Positions 17,985 to 28,267 are shown, counted from the stretch's first letter. The stretch is DNA of 64,000 bases from an uncultured Pirellulaceae bacterium (GCA_964625155.1 CAZVBC010000001.1:1559-65558), one strand, 5' to 3'. Notes: generated by a model not told the origin, from the sequence alone. Program-made: numbers and translations.

Positions 17985-18278
17985 TTAGGCGAACGCATCC
18001 AATAACTTGTCAAGCGCTGCCGACATTTTTTCGGGGGATTCGTATTTTCCAGCGGCTATTGATTGGCGTATCGCATCGACTTTTTCCCAGCGCACACCTC
18101 CAAACTGAATGATTTCGGGAGCTGTTTCTCCCAACGCCTGCGCTTCGGCAGAAAGGTCTAGCTGGTCGGTGCTTTGGGTGCTGGTTGGACCAATTGAAGG
18201 TGCGGACTCCGGACGAACCCGTGGTGCAGCACCGACTGACTGGATCGATCCAAACTGTTGCAAACCGTTAATCTGCAT
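17985..18278 (-). CDS. flgM: Anti-sigma-28 factor FlgM
   Basis: 97 aa. The N-terminus looks disordered and Ser/Pro/Gln-rich. The C-terminal 'RWEKVDAIRQSIAAGKYESPEKMSAALDKLLDAF' matches the conserved FlgM sigma-28-binding helices. Confidence 0.75.
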   Translation of the reverse strand: MQINGLQQFGSIQSVGAAPRVRPESAPSIGPTSTQSTDQLDLSAEAQALGETAPEIIQFGGVRWEKVDAIRQSIAAGKYESPEKMSAALDKLLDAFA

Positions 18279-18784
18279 AGACTTACGTCTCCCCTGCGAT
18301 TCATCATTGCTTTGTTAGTGGACAGGCTTCGTTGGGCAAGTTGCACTTGCTGAGAAAGGCACATAGGCGTCGCATTCCTTGTCGGAAACAGGCGCTGTCC
18401 ATAACCGCTTGGGGTGACTTCGCGAACGCTAATTGCAGCGTAAGTGGATATCGTCGACCGCCCTAGTTGGCTGTGATTGCATCCTGCAAAATTCCGCAAA
18501 GTGGGACAATACCAGTGTTAACACGCTGGTTATTTCTAGTGTCTGTCCCAATGTTCCGAACGAAGACTCCTTTCGCTATAGACTCCTAATCGCCAAACTG
18601 TCACCATTCAATTCCTGCTTGTTCCTGCGGATTTATCGACGAGCCATGCAACATGCTTAACCATGTGTTTGTCGAAAAACCTCGGAGGCCGAGCTGAGTG
18701 GTGTTGGTCAGTATACACATTCCAGCCAGCTAAGACTATCCCAATGTTCTTTGCTAGCGACATTCGTTTTTTGCATTGCCTTCG

Positions 18785-19906
18785 ATGCGATTCTGCCTTG
18801 TAAGTACACAACCAGATTGGGGCGGCGGCGAAAAACTCCTATGGTCCTTGCGTGGATCGTTGGTAGCTGCCGGACACGAAGTGGCTTGGATAGTCCGTCG
18901 ACACAATCCACTTCACCTCGCAGTCGTCCAGTCTCCAGACCGCTTGCTGGCAAGCCCGACCAGCCGCGGAGCCCGGCCTAGCGATTGGTGGACTGCCTAT
19001 ATCGCTGTGCGGCAGTGGGCTCCCGACGTATTAGTGATGAACGATTCACACGCCATATCGCTCGGTGGCACGATCAGCTTGCTGGCAGGCCCTCAACGCC
19101 CCTTACGCATCGCTTTCAAGCATACGGTTTTTCCGCTGCGCAGCGGTTTACGCATTCGCTTTTTGTCGGACATGCTGGTCTGCGTTTCACGCGCTGTACA
19201 GCAAGTGGCGATTGCCGGCGGCGTCCCTCAGTCACAGACGGCTGTCGTCTACGGTGGCTGTGAACCACCACAGGTGGATTTACAAGCAAGAGCGTGGGCC
19301 AACCGCACTTTTGAAATCGCTCATGATGAGTTTCTCATCGTCAACGTCGGCAATCTTTTGCGCTGTAAAGGACACGCCGACTTGATTCAGGCTGTGAATT
19401 TGCTGCGAGAATCCGATTTCAAGCCCCGAGTTTTGATCGCGGGCGAAGGAGAGCAGCGTCAACATTTGGAGCACATGATCCGTGACATGGACTTGGAAAG
19501 CCAAATTCAGTTGCTGGGCTTTCGCGCCGACGCGGACCGCATCTTGGCTGCCAGTGACTTAGTGGTTCAACCGTCGCACGCCGAAGGCCTGTCGCTCGTC
19601 CTGATACAAGCCCAAATGCTTGGCAAGCCAATTGTTGCTACTGCTGTTGGTGGCGCATGCGAAGTGCTTGGCACCGATGACCGCTATGGCGACCTAGCTT
19701 GGATTGCAAAGCCCGAAGATCCGCTCAGCCTCGCAGGCCAAATCCGCTTGGCACGCGCCGACATGGGTTCCGACCAGAATTCGCCCGCCTGGCACCGCAT
19801 CGCCCTCGCACGCAATCGTGCACTCGAAAAATTCAGCATTGCCGAAAACGCCGCACAGTTTGTGCAAGTCGTAACTCAGTTGCTTACCCACCACGAACGG
19901 CGCTAA
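18785..19906 (+). CDS. Glycosyltransferase family 4 (GT-B fold)
   Basis: N-terminal 'MRFCLVSTQPDWGGGEK'. The C-terminal half has 'LIAGEGEQRQHLE', 'LLGFRADADRILAASDLVVQPSHAEGLSLVLIQAQMLGKPIVAT' (EX7E-type motif). The ATG at 18785 is preferred over the TTG at 18776. Confidence 0.85.
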   Translation: MRFCLVSTQPDWGGGEKLLWSLRGSLVAAGHEVAWIVRRHNPLHLAVVQSPDRLLASPTSRGARPSDWWTAYIAVRQWAPDVLVMNDSHAISLGGTISLLAGPQRPLRIAFKHTVFPLRSGLRIRFLSDMLVCVSRAVQQVAIAGGVPQSQTAVVYGGCEPPQVDLQARAWANRTFEIAHDEFLIVNVGNLLRCKGHADLIQAVNLLRESDFKPRVLIAGEGEQRQHLEHMIRDMDLESQIQLLGFRADADRILAASDLVVQPSHAEGLSLVLIQAQMLGKPIVATAVGGACEVLGTDDRYGDLAWIAKPEDPLSLAGQIRLARADMGSDQNSPAWHRIALARNRALEKFSIAENAAQFVQVVTQLLTHHERR

Positions 19907-20421
19907 CGCTGAATTGTTTCTGAAATCTATGGCTCTGAGATTCGCTTGCAGCGAGCTAGTAAGATTGCGAACTTACCGGGAGCTGATGGTAGTTCGACGA
20001 ACGCAGTCTCTGCGAACTTTAATGTCAAACTGGATGTTAATGATCTTGTTTCGATGATCGGTTTACCGAATTGGCAGATTAACTCCTTCGATGAGCTCGC
20101 GTCCCGTCATGGGAGGAAACGCATCGGACTCAGCCGTTTCTCAACCTTGAGCAGCCCAGCGCATGCCGTCCGGTGTTTGACTGGTATTCTTTGAAGAACC
20201 GGCCGGTTCGCATAGGCTCAACGACAAAGAATTGGCACCAAGAAAGTGTTATAAAACGCAAGCTAACCGGTATATTTTTTCCTGCCGGTCGCCTAAGCTG
20301 TAACACCACTTCAATTGATTTTTCCCTCCAAGATTAGACAAGACAAGCCTTCGACTCGGATTGCTCGCTGGGATTTCGACTGAATGCATAGTCACTTCAG
20401 TCGACTTAAGGAACACGTAAC

Positions 20422-22185
20422 ATGATGTTCGTAGATCATCCAACTCGCAATTTTTTTTTCACAGGCAAAGGAGGCGTTGGAAAGACCACTGTGGCGTGTG
20501 CGACCGCAGTGAGACTGGCTGAACTGGGCAAACAAGTATTAGTCGTTTCCACTGACCCAGCTTCTAACCTTGACGAAGTGTTGGGTGTCACTCTCGGGAA
20601 CTGCCCCACGGTGATCCTCGGAGTACCGAATTTATTTGCTATGAACCTCGATCCAACGCGGATTGCTGAAGAGTATCGCGAACGTATGGTGGGACCTTAC
20701 CGTGGCGTGTTACCTGACGAAGTATTGCGACAAATGGAGGAGCAATACTCTGGAGCCTGTACGGTGGAAATGGCGGTCTTCGGCGAATTCTCACGGCTGC
20801 TCAGTGATCGAACATCTACGGCTCAATTCGATCATATTTTATTCGACACGGCGCCCACCGGTCACACGTTGCGATTGCTTTCATTGGCGTCAGCATGGGA
20901 TGGTTTTATACAAGAGAATACGACAGGGACCAGTTGCCTGGGCCCGCTGACGAATGTGCGAACTCAACAGAAGAGTTTTCAGGAGTCGGTCACGATTCTC
21001 GGTGATCCCGCAAGAACCACTCTCGTAATAGTCACCCGCGCCGAGCCGATTGCACTGCGCGAAGCGGCCCGGACTTGTGGTGAACTGGCAGAACTAGGTG
21101 TGCAGAATCAACATCTTGTAATCAATGGTGTCCTCAGAGCGTTCAGTTCCGAAGATCCATTTGCCGTTGCAATTGGTCAACGCGAAGCTGCCTCAGTGGC
21201 GGCGATGCCGAATGTTCTCAAGTCCTTGCCGCACACTACTATTCCACTTTTTACTCATGGCATCTTGGGCATCGATTCGCTTCGACGGCTGGGGAGCGAA
21301 GAGTGCTCGTCAAGCGTTAACTCATGCTTGCAACATTCTGAGCAAATTTTACGACAGCCGTTGCTGCGAGAATTGATTGATGATCTCGTTGCGCCCGGTT
21401 GTGGTGTAATTCTCGCGATGGGTAAAGGAGGAGTGGGCAAGACAACGGTTGCGGCTGCGGTGGCGGTTGCCATAGCTCAGCGTGGATACGACGTCCATAT
21501 CTCGACGACAGATCCAGCCGCCCACGTCACTGCAACATTGAACAACGAAACGTTGCCGAATTTAACTGTCAGTCGTATTGACCCGAGCACTGAGGTCGCT
21601 AAATACTCAGCCGAAGTCTTACGTAAGATGGGTAATGGTCTCGACGCAAAAGGTCGAGCCTTATTGGAAGAGAATCTGCGATCCCCTTGTACGGAAGAGA
21701 TCGCTGTGTTCCGCGCGTTTGCGCAAGCCGTTTCAGCGGGTACAAGAGGATTTGTCGTGTTGGACACAGCTCCCACAGGTCATACAGTCTTGTTACTCGA
21801 TTCAGCATTGGCCTACCACCGCGAAGTAACACGGCAATCGGGAGAGATACCCGAAGCGATTGAGCAACTGCTTCCACGGCTGCGCGATCCGAGTTTCACA
21901 CGGGTTCTATTAGTAACTCTTCCGGCGGCAACACCCGTGCACGAAGCGGCCACTCTTCAAAGCGATCTACGGCGAGCGGAAATCGAACCGTTCGCCTGGG
22001 TAGTCAATCAAGTGTTGAGTGCTGTGCCGTTTACTGATCCACAGATGATCCAGCGTCAAACTGAAGAGCAGAAGTATTTGCGCGAAGTGCAGGATTTACA
22101 TGCCAACCGTCTGGCCTTCATCCCCTGGCAAGCCCAGCCACCAATCGGACTTGAAGGATTAATTCGGCTCGTCAACTCAACATGA
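20422..22185 (+). CDS. arsA: Arsenite/antimonite-stimulated ATPase ArsA (two-domain)
   Basis: Two P-loops 'GKGGVGKTT' and two 'DTAPTGHT' signal-transduction motifs. Cys residues sit in 'SGACTVEMAVF', 'GTSCLGPL' and 'SPCTEEIAVF', corresponding to the three metalloid-binding cysteines of plasmid R773 ArsA. Confidence 0.9.
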   Translation: MMFVDHPTRNFFFTGKGGVGKTTVACATAVRLAELGKQVLVVSTDPASNLDEVLGVTLGNCPTVILGVPNLFAMNLDPTRIAEEYRERMVGPYRGVLPDEVLRQMEEQYSGACTVEMAVFGEFSRLLSDRTSTAQFDHILFDTAPTGHTLRLLSLASAWDGFIQENTTGTSCLGPLTNVRTQQKSFQESVTILGDPARTTLVIVTRAEPIALREAARTCGELAELGVQNQHLVINGVLRAFSSEDPFAVAIGQREAASVAAMPNVLKSLPHTTIPLFTHGILGIDSLRRLGSEECSSSVNSCLQHSEQILRQPLLRELIDDLVAPGCGVILAMGKGGVGKTTVAAAVAVAIAQRGYDVHISTTDPAAHVTATLNNETLPNLTVSRIDPSTEVAKYSAEVLRKMGNGLDAKGRALLEENLRSPCTEEIAVFRAFAQAVSAGTRGFVVLDTAPTGHTVLLLDSALAYHREVTRQSGEIPEAIEQLLPRLRDPSFTRVLLVTLPAATPVHEAATLQSDLRRAEIEPFAWVVNQVLSAVPFTDPQMIQRQTEEQKYLREVQDLHANRLAFIPWQAQPPIGLEGLIRLVNST

Positions 22186-22215
22186 AATCAGTCACGAAAC
22201 CCAATTCGTCTAATT

Positions 22216-24177
22216 TTAGCGCTGAGAAGAAGTTGTGTCGTGCAAATAGGCTAGCAATTCAAAAATCTCGTCTTTGGTGAAATGGTCCATTAGTGCCGAA
22301 GGCATAAGAGATTTAGGGGATTTGAGCATCTCTTCGATCTCTTTGCGCGGGATCTTGGCCGGTGTCTTCTGTTCAGGGCTGTTCATTAACGAGACAAAAT
22401 TCGCATCTTCGGCGACGACCACACCCGAATAGACTTTTCCAGATTCGGTCAGCACCGAATGTACAGCGTATTTGGGTTCAATTCTATGCGATGGATCGAG
22501 TATTTCGCGAAGCACCGCAGCTTGGTCACCTTTCCATCGAGCGACAAGATCGGAGAGGTCAGGTCCTACTAATCCGCCCGCGCCACGGAATTTGTGACAT
22601 TGAGCACAAGTTGCTTCCTGAAAAATGCGAGCCCCAATCTTTGGATCGCGGCCACGCATTCCAATCGACAACTCGCTGAGTAGATCCTCAGTTTTCCAGT
22701 TCTTGACAAACGAACGATTGTTGCCGATCGGGTCTACCGGAGGCTGGCCCGTTTGTTGCCAAGTGTCCAAGTCCGCTACCACAACCATGACGCCATACAT
22801 GCGCATCCAGTGATTGGGGAAAGTGCATACAAACGGATACTCGTCAGGTGCCTGAGGCGCGTTAAACGTCATGCGTTCGGATTTCCCAGCCGAGATCATC
22901 GAGCTGGCAAACAGCACTTTGTCTGACTTGGGTACATACTGCTTGCCATCTGTTGCCTGGTCGGGTGCCATCATGGCGGCCTGTAAGGCTACTTCCTTCA
23001 GAAAGCCAGGCTGCGTGATAACCAAGTTGTGAGGCATCAGATCATTGTTCAGCAATAGTAACTGAACGGGACGTCCGGCTTCAACAGCGAAGAACTTGAT
23101 ATCGTAACGCATTTCGTCTTCAACCGTACGAATGCGAATCAATCGAACGGAGATCTCGCGCATGCGCTGACGATAGGCTTTGGCAATTTCGGCGGGTACA
23201 TTTGACAACAAGCTATCAAACAACTGAGATAGATCCACAAAGCGATCGCTAGTACGATCGGCGGCAGGTGTGGCTTCCGCGATTTCCAGCAACCTCAAGG
23301 CAAGAGGTTGGCAAGTGGCGGCGGGGCGGTCCGATGTTGGGATGCTCGCTAATGTGCGAACTGCAACGTCTGACAGTTCAGCTTGGCCAACCAATTCCGC
23401 CACGCGTCGAAACGTATCGGTAAGTTCAACCGTTAAGGAAGCGAGCGTTTCGACCGCAGTCTGCCGAAGTATGCTTGGAGACTTGTCGTCAAGCTCGGCA
23501 ATCACCCATTCACGCAATTTGTTGCGTTGCGAAGGGGCTTGTACCCAAGGAATGGCGGCGATGAAATCGACTTGACCTGAAACGTCCTTTGACGTCAATC
23601 GCTGTGCCAATTCGGCTTGGCCGGCCGAGATTAAAGCGGCCAACGCAACTCGACGCTGTACTCCGCTGGACGATTGAACCTTGTCGGTAAACAACTGCAA
23701 TTGCTGCTGCAAAGTTGCAGGTGCTTGAGCCAGCAACAGTTGTGAAAGTTCGCGAGCAATGCGTTGACTTTCATGATCGGTTTTCAGCAATGGTAAAACA
23801 CCGAGCAATTCAGCAGAGAATTGTGATTTGCGAATGGTTGCCAGTGCATCTGCCGCTTGTTGGCGTTCGCTGGAAGGCATACCTGGGCGAATAAGAATTT
23901 CGGTATGTACCGGAGCGTACTTGGCATCATCGGTCCCTCGATCAACCAACAACAATTGTGCGTTAGTCAATCGTTTTAGTTGGTACTCGACGATGCGTGG
24001 GCTCTTGTCGAGGAAAATTCGAGGTTTCGCGACTGTGTCTTTAGCGATTGTGCCTTCTGCATGAAGCTCAGCTTGTCCCTGACTGTGAACCGTCGACGCG
24101 TCAGATAAAACAACGGTCAAGCCACAGAGCGTGCTGGTAAGTGTACTTAGAAACGGTCTATACAGACGTATCATGCG
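22216..24177 (-). CDS. Secreted HEAT-repeat / cupredoxin (azurin-like) / PVC-type c-type heme-binding domain protein
   Basis: Signal peptide from the internal ATG at 24177 ('MIRLYRPFLSTLTSTLCGLTVVLS'). Type-1 copper ligand pattern 'MPHNLVI' ... 'CTFPNHWMRMYG'. Heme motif 'CAQCHKF' followed by 'GPDLSDL', as in the Pirellula/Verrucomicrobium heme-binding domain. Confidence 0.8.
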   Translation of the reverse strand, partial: RMIRLYRPFLSTLTSTLCGLTVVLSDASTVHSQGQAELHAEGTIAKDTVAKPRIFLDKSPRIVEYQLKRLTNAQLLLVDRGTDDAKYAPVHTEILIRPGMPSSERQQAADALATIRKSQFSAELLGVLPLLKTDHESQRIARELSQLLLAQAPATLQQQLQLFTDKVQSSSGVQRRVALAALISAGQAELAQRLTSKDVSGQVDFIAAIPWVQAPSQRNKLREWVIAELDDKSPSILRQTAVETLASLTVELTDTFRRVAELVGQAELSDVAVRTLASIPTSDRPAATCQPLALRLLEIAEATPAADRTSDRFVDLSQLFDSLLSNVPAEIAKAYRQRMREISVRLIRIRTVEDEMRYDIKFFAVEAGRPVQLLLLNNDLMPHNLVITQPGFLKEVALQAAMMAPDQATDGKQYVPKSDKVLFASSMISAGKSERMTFNAPQAPDEYPFVCTFPNHWMRMYGVMVVVADLDTWQQTGQPPVDPIGNNRSFVKNWKTEDLLSELSIGMRGRDPKIGARIFQEATCAQCHKFRGAGGLVGPDLSDLVARWKGDQAAVLREILDPSHRIEPKYAVHSVLTESGKVYSGVVVAEDANFVSLMNSPEQKTPAKIPRKEIEEMLKSPKSLMPSALMDHFTKDEIFELLAYLHDTTSSQR

Positions 24178-24199
24178 TTTGATTCCGCAGTGTTGTTCG

Positions 24200-26890
24200 C
24201 TACAGTCCCTTGGATTCCAATTGGCGCACAGTCTCGTCCAGAGCGTACTGGAGATTGTCATCCATTTCGTGATTTAGTACGTCGAGGACCGCCTCTTGAA
24301 CATCACTTGCAGGTAGAAAACTACAAGCCCGAACAGCTTCGAGACGCACTCTAGGATGGTCGTCATTGAGCCGTTCTTTGACGAGTTTTACGGTTTCCTT
24401 GATCTTATCTCGCCAAAAGCACAAAACGCGAGTGGCGGCCGCTCGTGCGCGAGGTTCAGCACACGCCAGCAATTCACGCAGCAGCGACTCATTAACAATG
24501 TTATGAGATTGATGAAGCCACAGCCCTTCCAATTTCAACTGGAAGAATAGTGGATCATTTTTGTCGAGCGACTTGAGCCACTTGTCGACCGCAGCGGTCA
24601 CCTCTTTTGAGTCGCGTTCCGCTAGTTCGCGCCGCACGCGATATCGAGTGCGGTCTTCTGGTTCTTTGAGCAACGTCAGCAATTGTTCGATGGGTTGGCC
24701 ACTTATCTTCGGCACATTCACTAGCGGTCGGTCTTTGTAGACCACACGCCAAATCCTTCCATGCGAATGATCGCGATTGGGTTCTCGCAAATTATGTTGC
24801 AAGTGTCCGATCAACGCATTATGCCAATCGACAATATACAAAGCACCATCAGGACCAAATTGCAGATCGACTGGGCGAAAGTTTCCATCCTCGCAGTAAA
24901 CTAGAGGTGTGATTTCTTTACCTTCGTAGCCAGAGGCTTTCTCCTGCATCGTGTGCTGTAACACGGATCGATCACCGATCACATTATTGATCAAAAAATT
25001 CCCTTGTGCTTCAGGTGGGAAATGCCTCGAGGCGACAATTTCACCTCCCGATGATGGACGCGTCCGCTTTTCGATGAATTGCGGAGGTTGACGCATCAGT
25101 TTTGAACCAGGGTAATCAAGTCCACGTTCCATCGCCCCGCCCGGATGTTTCGCTGGAAAATCAATGCGACCCGAAATAGGTGCGGCCCAGTAGTTGTAGC
25201 CCGGTGAGGCATCGCAGATAAAGTTCTGCCCCCATTTGTCGAATACGTGACCCCAAGGGTTTGCAAAAGCAAGAGACACATGCACTTCGAAATGTTCCGT
25301 GCGCGGATCGTATCTCCACACTCCCGCTTCAGACAAACGCACAAGTCCATACGGACTTTCTATTTGAGACTGTTTGAAGGTCCCCTCCTGAAAATAGAGC
25401 GCACCGTCTGGCCCCCATTCGAAAGCGGCAAGCCCATGATGCGAATCTGCTGTGTCAAATCCAAATAGTTTACGAATTCGCAGATCTGCCTTGTCGTCAC
25501 CATCGGTATCTTGCAGGAATAACAAGTCGGGCTGTTCAGCCACAAAGGCTCCTCCATGCCCTAGCTCAAAACCAGTGGGTTGGTGTAAGCCGTCGGCAAA
25601 CACTTTACATAAATCCGCGCGACCATCGCCATTGTTATCTTCGAGTATTAGGATCTTGTCGTCTAACTTAGTTTTGGGTTTCCATTGTGGGTAACTGGGC
25701 ATCGTGGAAACCCACATTCTGCCGCGATTATCGAAGTTGAGTGCTACTGGCTTGGCAAGTTCTGGGAACATCTCTTCTGAAGCCACCAGTTGGATTTCGT
25801 AGCCCGGCGCCATCTTGAATAGTTTTTGCTGCTCAGCAGCCGCGAGGTACTTCAGTGAGCCAAGCTTGCCAGCTTTGGCCTGGGCATCTTCGGGACCACC
25901 GACGTTGGTCTTAGGTTCGATAAACGGCAGTGTATTGCTATCGTCGATAGTCTCGGGAACACTTTCCCCTCGAGCCAAGCTCCAAATGCGGCGATCGCGA
26001 TTAACACACATCTGGTCGAGCACTTCGCGTTCGCGTTCCATCACCTCACGATTTCGATATGTTCCATCCGTGCCTGCCTCACCCCGTTTACCATAGATTG
26101 AATACCCATTCACCGCGCGATAGCGATGCCACCAATGAAAATTTTTCCCATTCACCTCGGCAAGCAACTTCGGATCAATACTCTCATCGCTACTGGCTGC
26201 TCCAAATAGCTCTTTATTGAATAATGAAACCAGTCGCCGATAACCAAGATCATTCAGGTGACAACCGTTCAGAGTCAATCGTCGGTCTGTGTTGTCGAAC
26301 AATACCTTGGTTGGCTGAAACAAATTGACAAAACCCACTTTGGTCGATTTGGCAACTTCAGCCATCGCATTGGCATAAATCAAGAGCCTGGAATTGTGCT
26401 CTTCACCGTTAGGTAAGTTGGTATCGCCAGTGTTTTCAAATGCGATCGGTGATACCAAAACAATTCGAGGTGCACCTTGCCCACTGTAGTCTTGTTTCTG
26501 AGTATGTGCGATCATTTGGGTCACGGATGACTTGAATTCTTCGAGTCCTGCTGGTCCGTGAAAGGACTCGTTGAAGCCAAAGAAGTAAATTACCACTGTC
26601 GCTTTAGAGTGTCTCAAATGTACGTCTGGCTCTCCAAAATTCATCGAACGCATGCGCATTTGAGGTTCGTCGCCAGGAAAACAAAGATTACGGACCGTCA
26701 AGTCCAGTTCTGGGAAGCGTTGGTAGAGTGATGCTTCCCAATAATTGTGATGCTGCAATCGCTCGCCGAAGGCATTCCCCACTAAGCAAATGGAGTCCCC
26801 TTTGCGAAGTTCTAATTCCGCTGCTCCGCTGACATGAGAAAAGCAAAAAAGGACCAATAACAATACTGCCAGTCGTATGCGCTGCGACAT
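24200..26890 (-). CDS. Secreted SGNH/GDSL hydrolase plus PVC-type membrane-bound-dehydrogenase beta-propeller domain plus HEAT repeats
   Basis: Signal peptide 'MSQRIRLAVLLLVLFCFSHVSGA'. SGNH block I is 'GDSICLVGN', with 'NGCHLNDLGY' as block V. 'FDNRGRMWVSTMPSYPQW...EDNNGDGRADL...DTDGDDKADL' is typical of the Planctomycete/Verrucomicrobia dehydrogenase domain. C-terminal HEAT repeat 'DDHPRVRLEAVRA'. Confidence 0.75.
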   Translation of the reverse strand: MSQRIRLAVLLLVLFCFSHVSGAAELELRKGDSICLVGNAFGERLQHHNYWEASLYQRFPELDLTVRNLCFPGDEPQMRMRSMNFGEPDVHLRHSKATVVIYFFGFNESFHGPAGLEEFKSSVTQMIAHTQKQDYSGQGAPRIVLVSPIAFENTGDTNLPNGEEHNSRLLIYANAMAEVAKSTKVGFVNLFQPTKVLFDNTDRRLTLNGCHLNDLGYRRLVSLFNKELFGAASSDESIDPKLLAEVNGKNFHWWHRYRAVNGYSIYGKRGEAGTDGTYRNREVMEREREVLDQMCVNRDRRIWSLARGESVPETIDDSNTLPFIEPKTNVGGPEDAQAKAGKLGSLKYLAAAEQQKLFKMAPGYEIQLVASEEMFPELAKPVALNFDNRGRMWVSTMPSYPQWKPKTKLDDKILILEDNNGDGRADLCKVFADGLHQPTGFELGHGGAFVAEQPDLLFLQDTDGDDKADLRIRKLFGFDTADSHHGLAAFEWGPDGALYFQEGTFKQSQIESPYGLVRLSEAGVWRYDPRTEHFEVHVSLAFANPWGHVFDKWGQNFICDASPGYNYWAAPISGRIDFPAKHPGGAMERGLDYPGSKLMRQPPQFIEKRTRPSSGGEIVASRHFPPEAQGNFLINNVIGDRSVLQHTMQEKASGYEGKEITPLVYCEDGNFRPVDLQFGPDGALYIVDWHNALIGHLQHNLREPNRDHSHGRIWRVVYKDRPLVNVPKISGQPIEQLLTLLKEPEDRTRYRVRRELAERDSKEVTAAVDKWLKSLDKNDPLFFQLKLEGLWLHQSHNIVNESLLRELLACAEPRARAAATRVLCFWRDKIKETVKLVKERLNDDHPRVRLEAVRACSFLPASDVQEAVLDVLNHEMDDNLQYALDETVRQLESKGL

Positions 26891-27346
26891 TCGAAATTCT
26901 CCGCTCGGTATAAACTCTCTGGATCTTGGCTGATTATTCTAATTCCTTATTTGATGAAAATCCCCACTGACCTTAAATGCTGACAAAGTTCTCCAGTATT
27001 TCAGGGATAATCATGATGCTTCATCTGGGGCGTCGGCTCCGGGCGCGACGAACCACCAAGCATCAAAAACACTTGAGGGCGTGCATTGCAGTCCGAGCAA
27101 TTATTTGCAAAGTGGAGACAAATCTCCAATAAGTGACTCTAACGCTTGGAGCGTTTATATGAGGAATACTTGCACTCCCTATCTGCCATTCAATTTCTCC
27201 GCACTTGCCCTTGACTATTATTGTTCGGTATAAAATAGTGTTTGATAGCCACGCCTACGTGGCGCTCGAAGCGATCAACATCGAGCGCATGTCGATTGTT
27301 TCCACGACGATGGTGATTGAACACTTTCCATGAAAGGTCTCGATAA

Positions 27347-27679
27347 ATGTCGATTTTGCTAACTGAAAACGCAGCTAACCAAGTGCGCAAATTCCGTGAA
27401 GAAAACCAAGTTGGGAACGAAACGTTTCTACGTATTGGAGTCGCTGGAGGCGGGTGCAGCGGATTTAACTACACGTTGGCGTTTGATGATTCGTTTGACG
27501 AAGCGAAAGACAGCCGATACGAGCAGCATGGAGTCATGGTGGTGGTTGATAAGAAGAGCGCATTGTACTTGGACGGTACTACCGTTGATTGGTATCATAG
27601 TTTGGAGAAACAAGGATTTACATTCGAGAACCCTAACGCCGTCAAAACCTGTGGCTGTGGCAGTTCTTTCTCCGCTTAG
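27347..27679 (+). CDS. erpA: Iron-sulfur cluster insertion protein (A-type carrier, ErpA/IscA family)
   Basis: 110 aa with '[15 protein letters not shown]' and a C-terminal '[11 protein letters not shown]', the three conserved Cys of HesB/IscA-type carriers. Confidence 0.88.
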   Translation: MSILLTENAANQVRKFREENQVGNETFLRIGVAGGGCSGFNYTLAFDDSFDEAKDSRYEQHGVMVVVDKKSALYLDGTTVDWYHSLEKQGFTFENPNAVKTCGCGSSFSA

Positions 27680-27902
27680 TGATTTGCCCCCAGCTTATTC
27701 TAGAGATCCGAAGGGCACAGCTCTTGCTGAGTCAAATGCGTGAAGGCTCGGTAGGAACCTAGTTTTCCCGTTTCCGCGAACCCTAATTTTTAGCTGCGTA
27801 GAACGCTAGTCTTACGTCAGTGATAATAGATTTTTCATGCTGATTCAGTCGATCGGCAGGTTGCGAACGCCACTAAGTCGAACATAAAATCGGCAACTCT
27901 AC

Positions 27903-27928
27903 GGCTGGCCTAACACGCCAGCCTTTTT
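27903..27928 (+). terminator. Rho-independent terminator-like hairpin
   Basis: 'ggctggc-ctaacac-gccagcc' (7-bp GC-rich stem) followed by 'ttttt'. It lies 224 nt downstream of the erpA stop with no convincing ORF in between. Confidence 0.5.
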
Positions 27929-28267
27929 CGTTTTATTGCTTGCGTTACGGATTTAAAGCGGCGAGCTGGGGTTACACTGTCAACGCGGATTTGGGAAACT
28001 GCAGTTATTCGCAACACGACCAGAGAACCGCTGGAAGCGACCAGCTAGCGCTTGAAGGCAATTGCTTTGTGTTGTTTTTTTGTAGCGGAGTCGGCGTGAG
28101 CCGCCCGGTTCATCAACAATTTCCGGCCAAACACCGGACGGCTTGCACCGGTTCCGCAACAAAGTAAATGCGGTTTTAGCCAGCGCTAATGGGTCTTGGA
28201 ACGAAGAGAGTTCAGCAAAGCAATTCTATACTGCTTCGAAACACGTAAGGGGTGAGGAGAACCTTCC

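Noticed and set aside
20196-20209. Perfect 14-nt palindrome 'gaaccggccggttc' about 210 nt upstream of arsA, considered as a possible ArsR-type operator
   Set aside because: A few perfect 14-nt palindromes are expected by chance in this window, and no arsR gene is nearby.
24178-24261. Apparent 62-nt overlap between the 896-aa and 681-aa ORFs
   Set aside because: The overlap comes from the track using the most upstream Met. The internal ATG at 24177 begins a proper signal peptide and leaves a 22-nt gap.
27211-27236. 'TTGACT'...'TAAAAT' promoter-like pair upstream of erpA
   Set aside because: The spacer is only 14 nt, outside the functional 16-18-nt range for sigma-70 promoters.
27930-28267. 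Possible cobalamin riboswitch in the leader of cobL
   Set aside because: A 'GGGAA' and an 'ACACTGT'-like string are present, but in the wrong order. I cannot find the B12 box (AGYCMGGAGACCKGCC-like) or the GGUG..AA.UCC core. An Rfam scan is needed before any claim.
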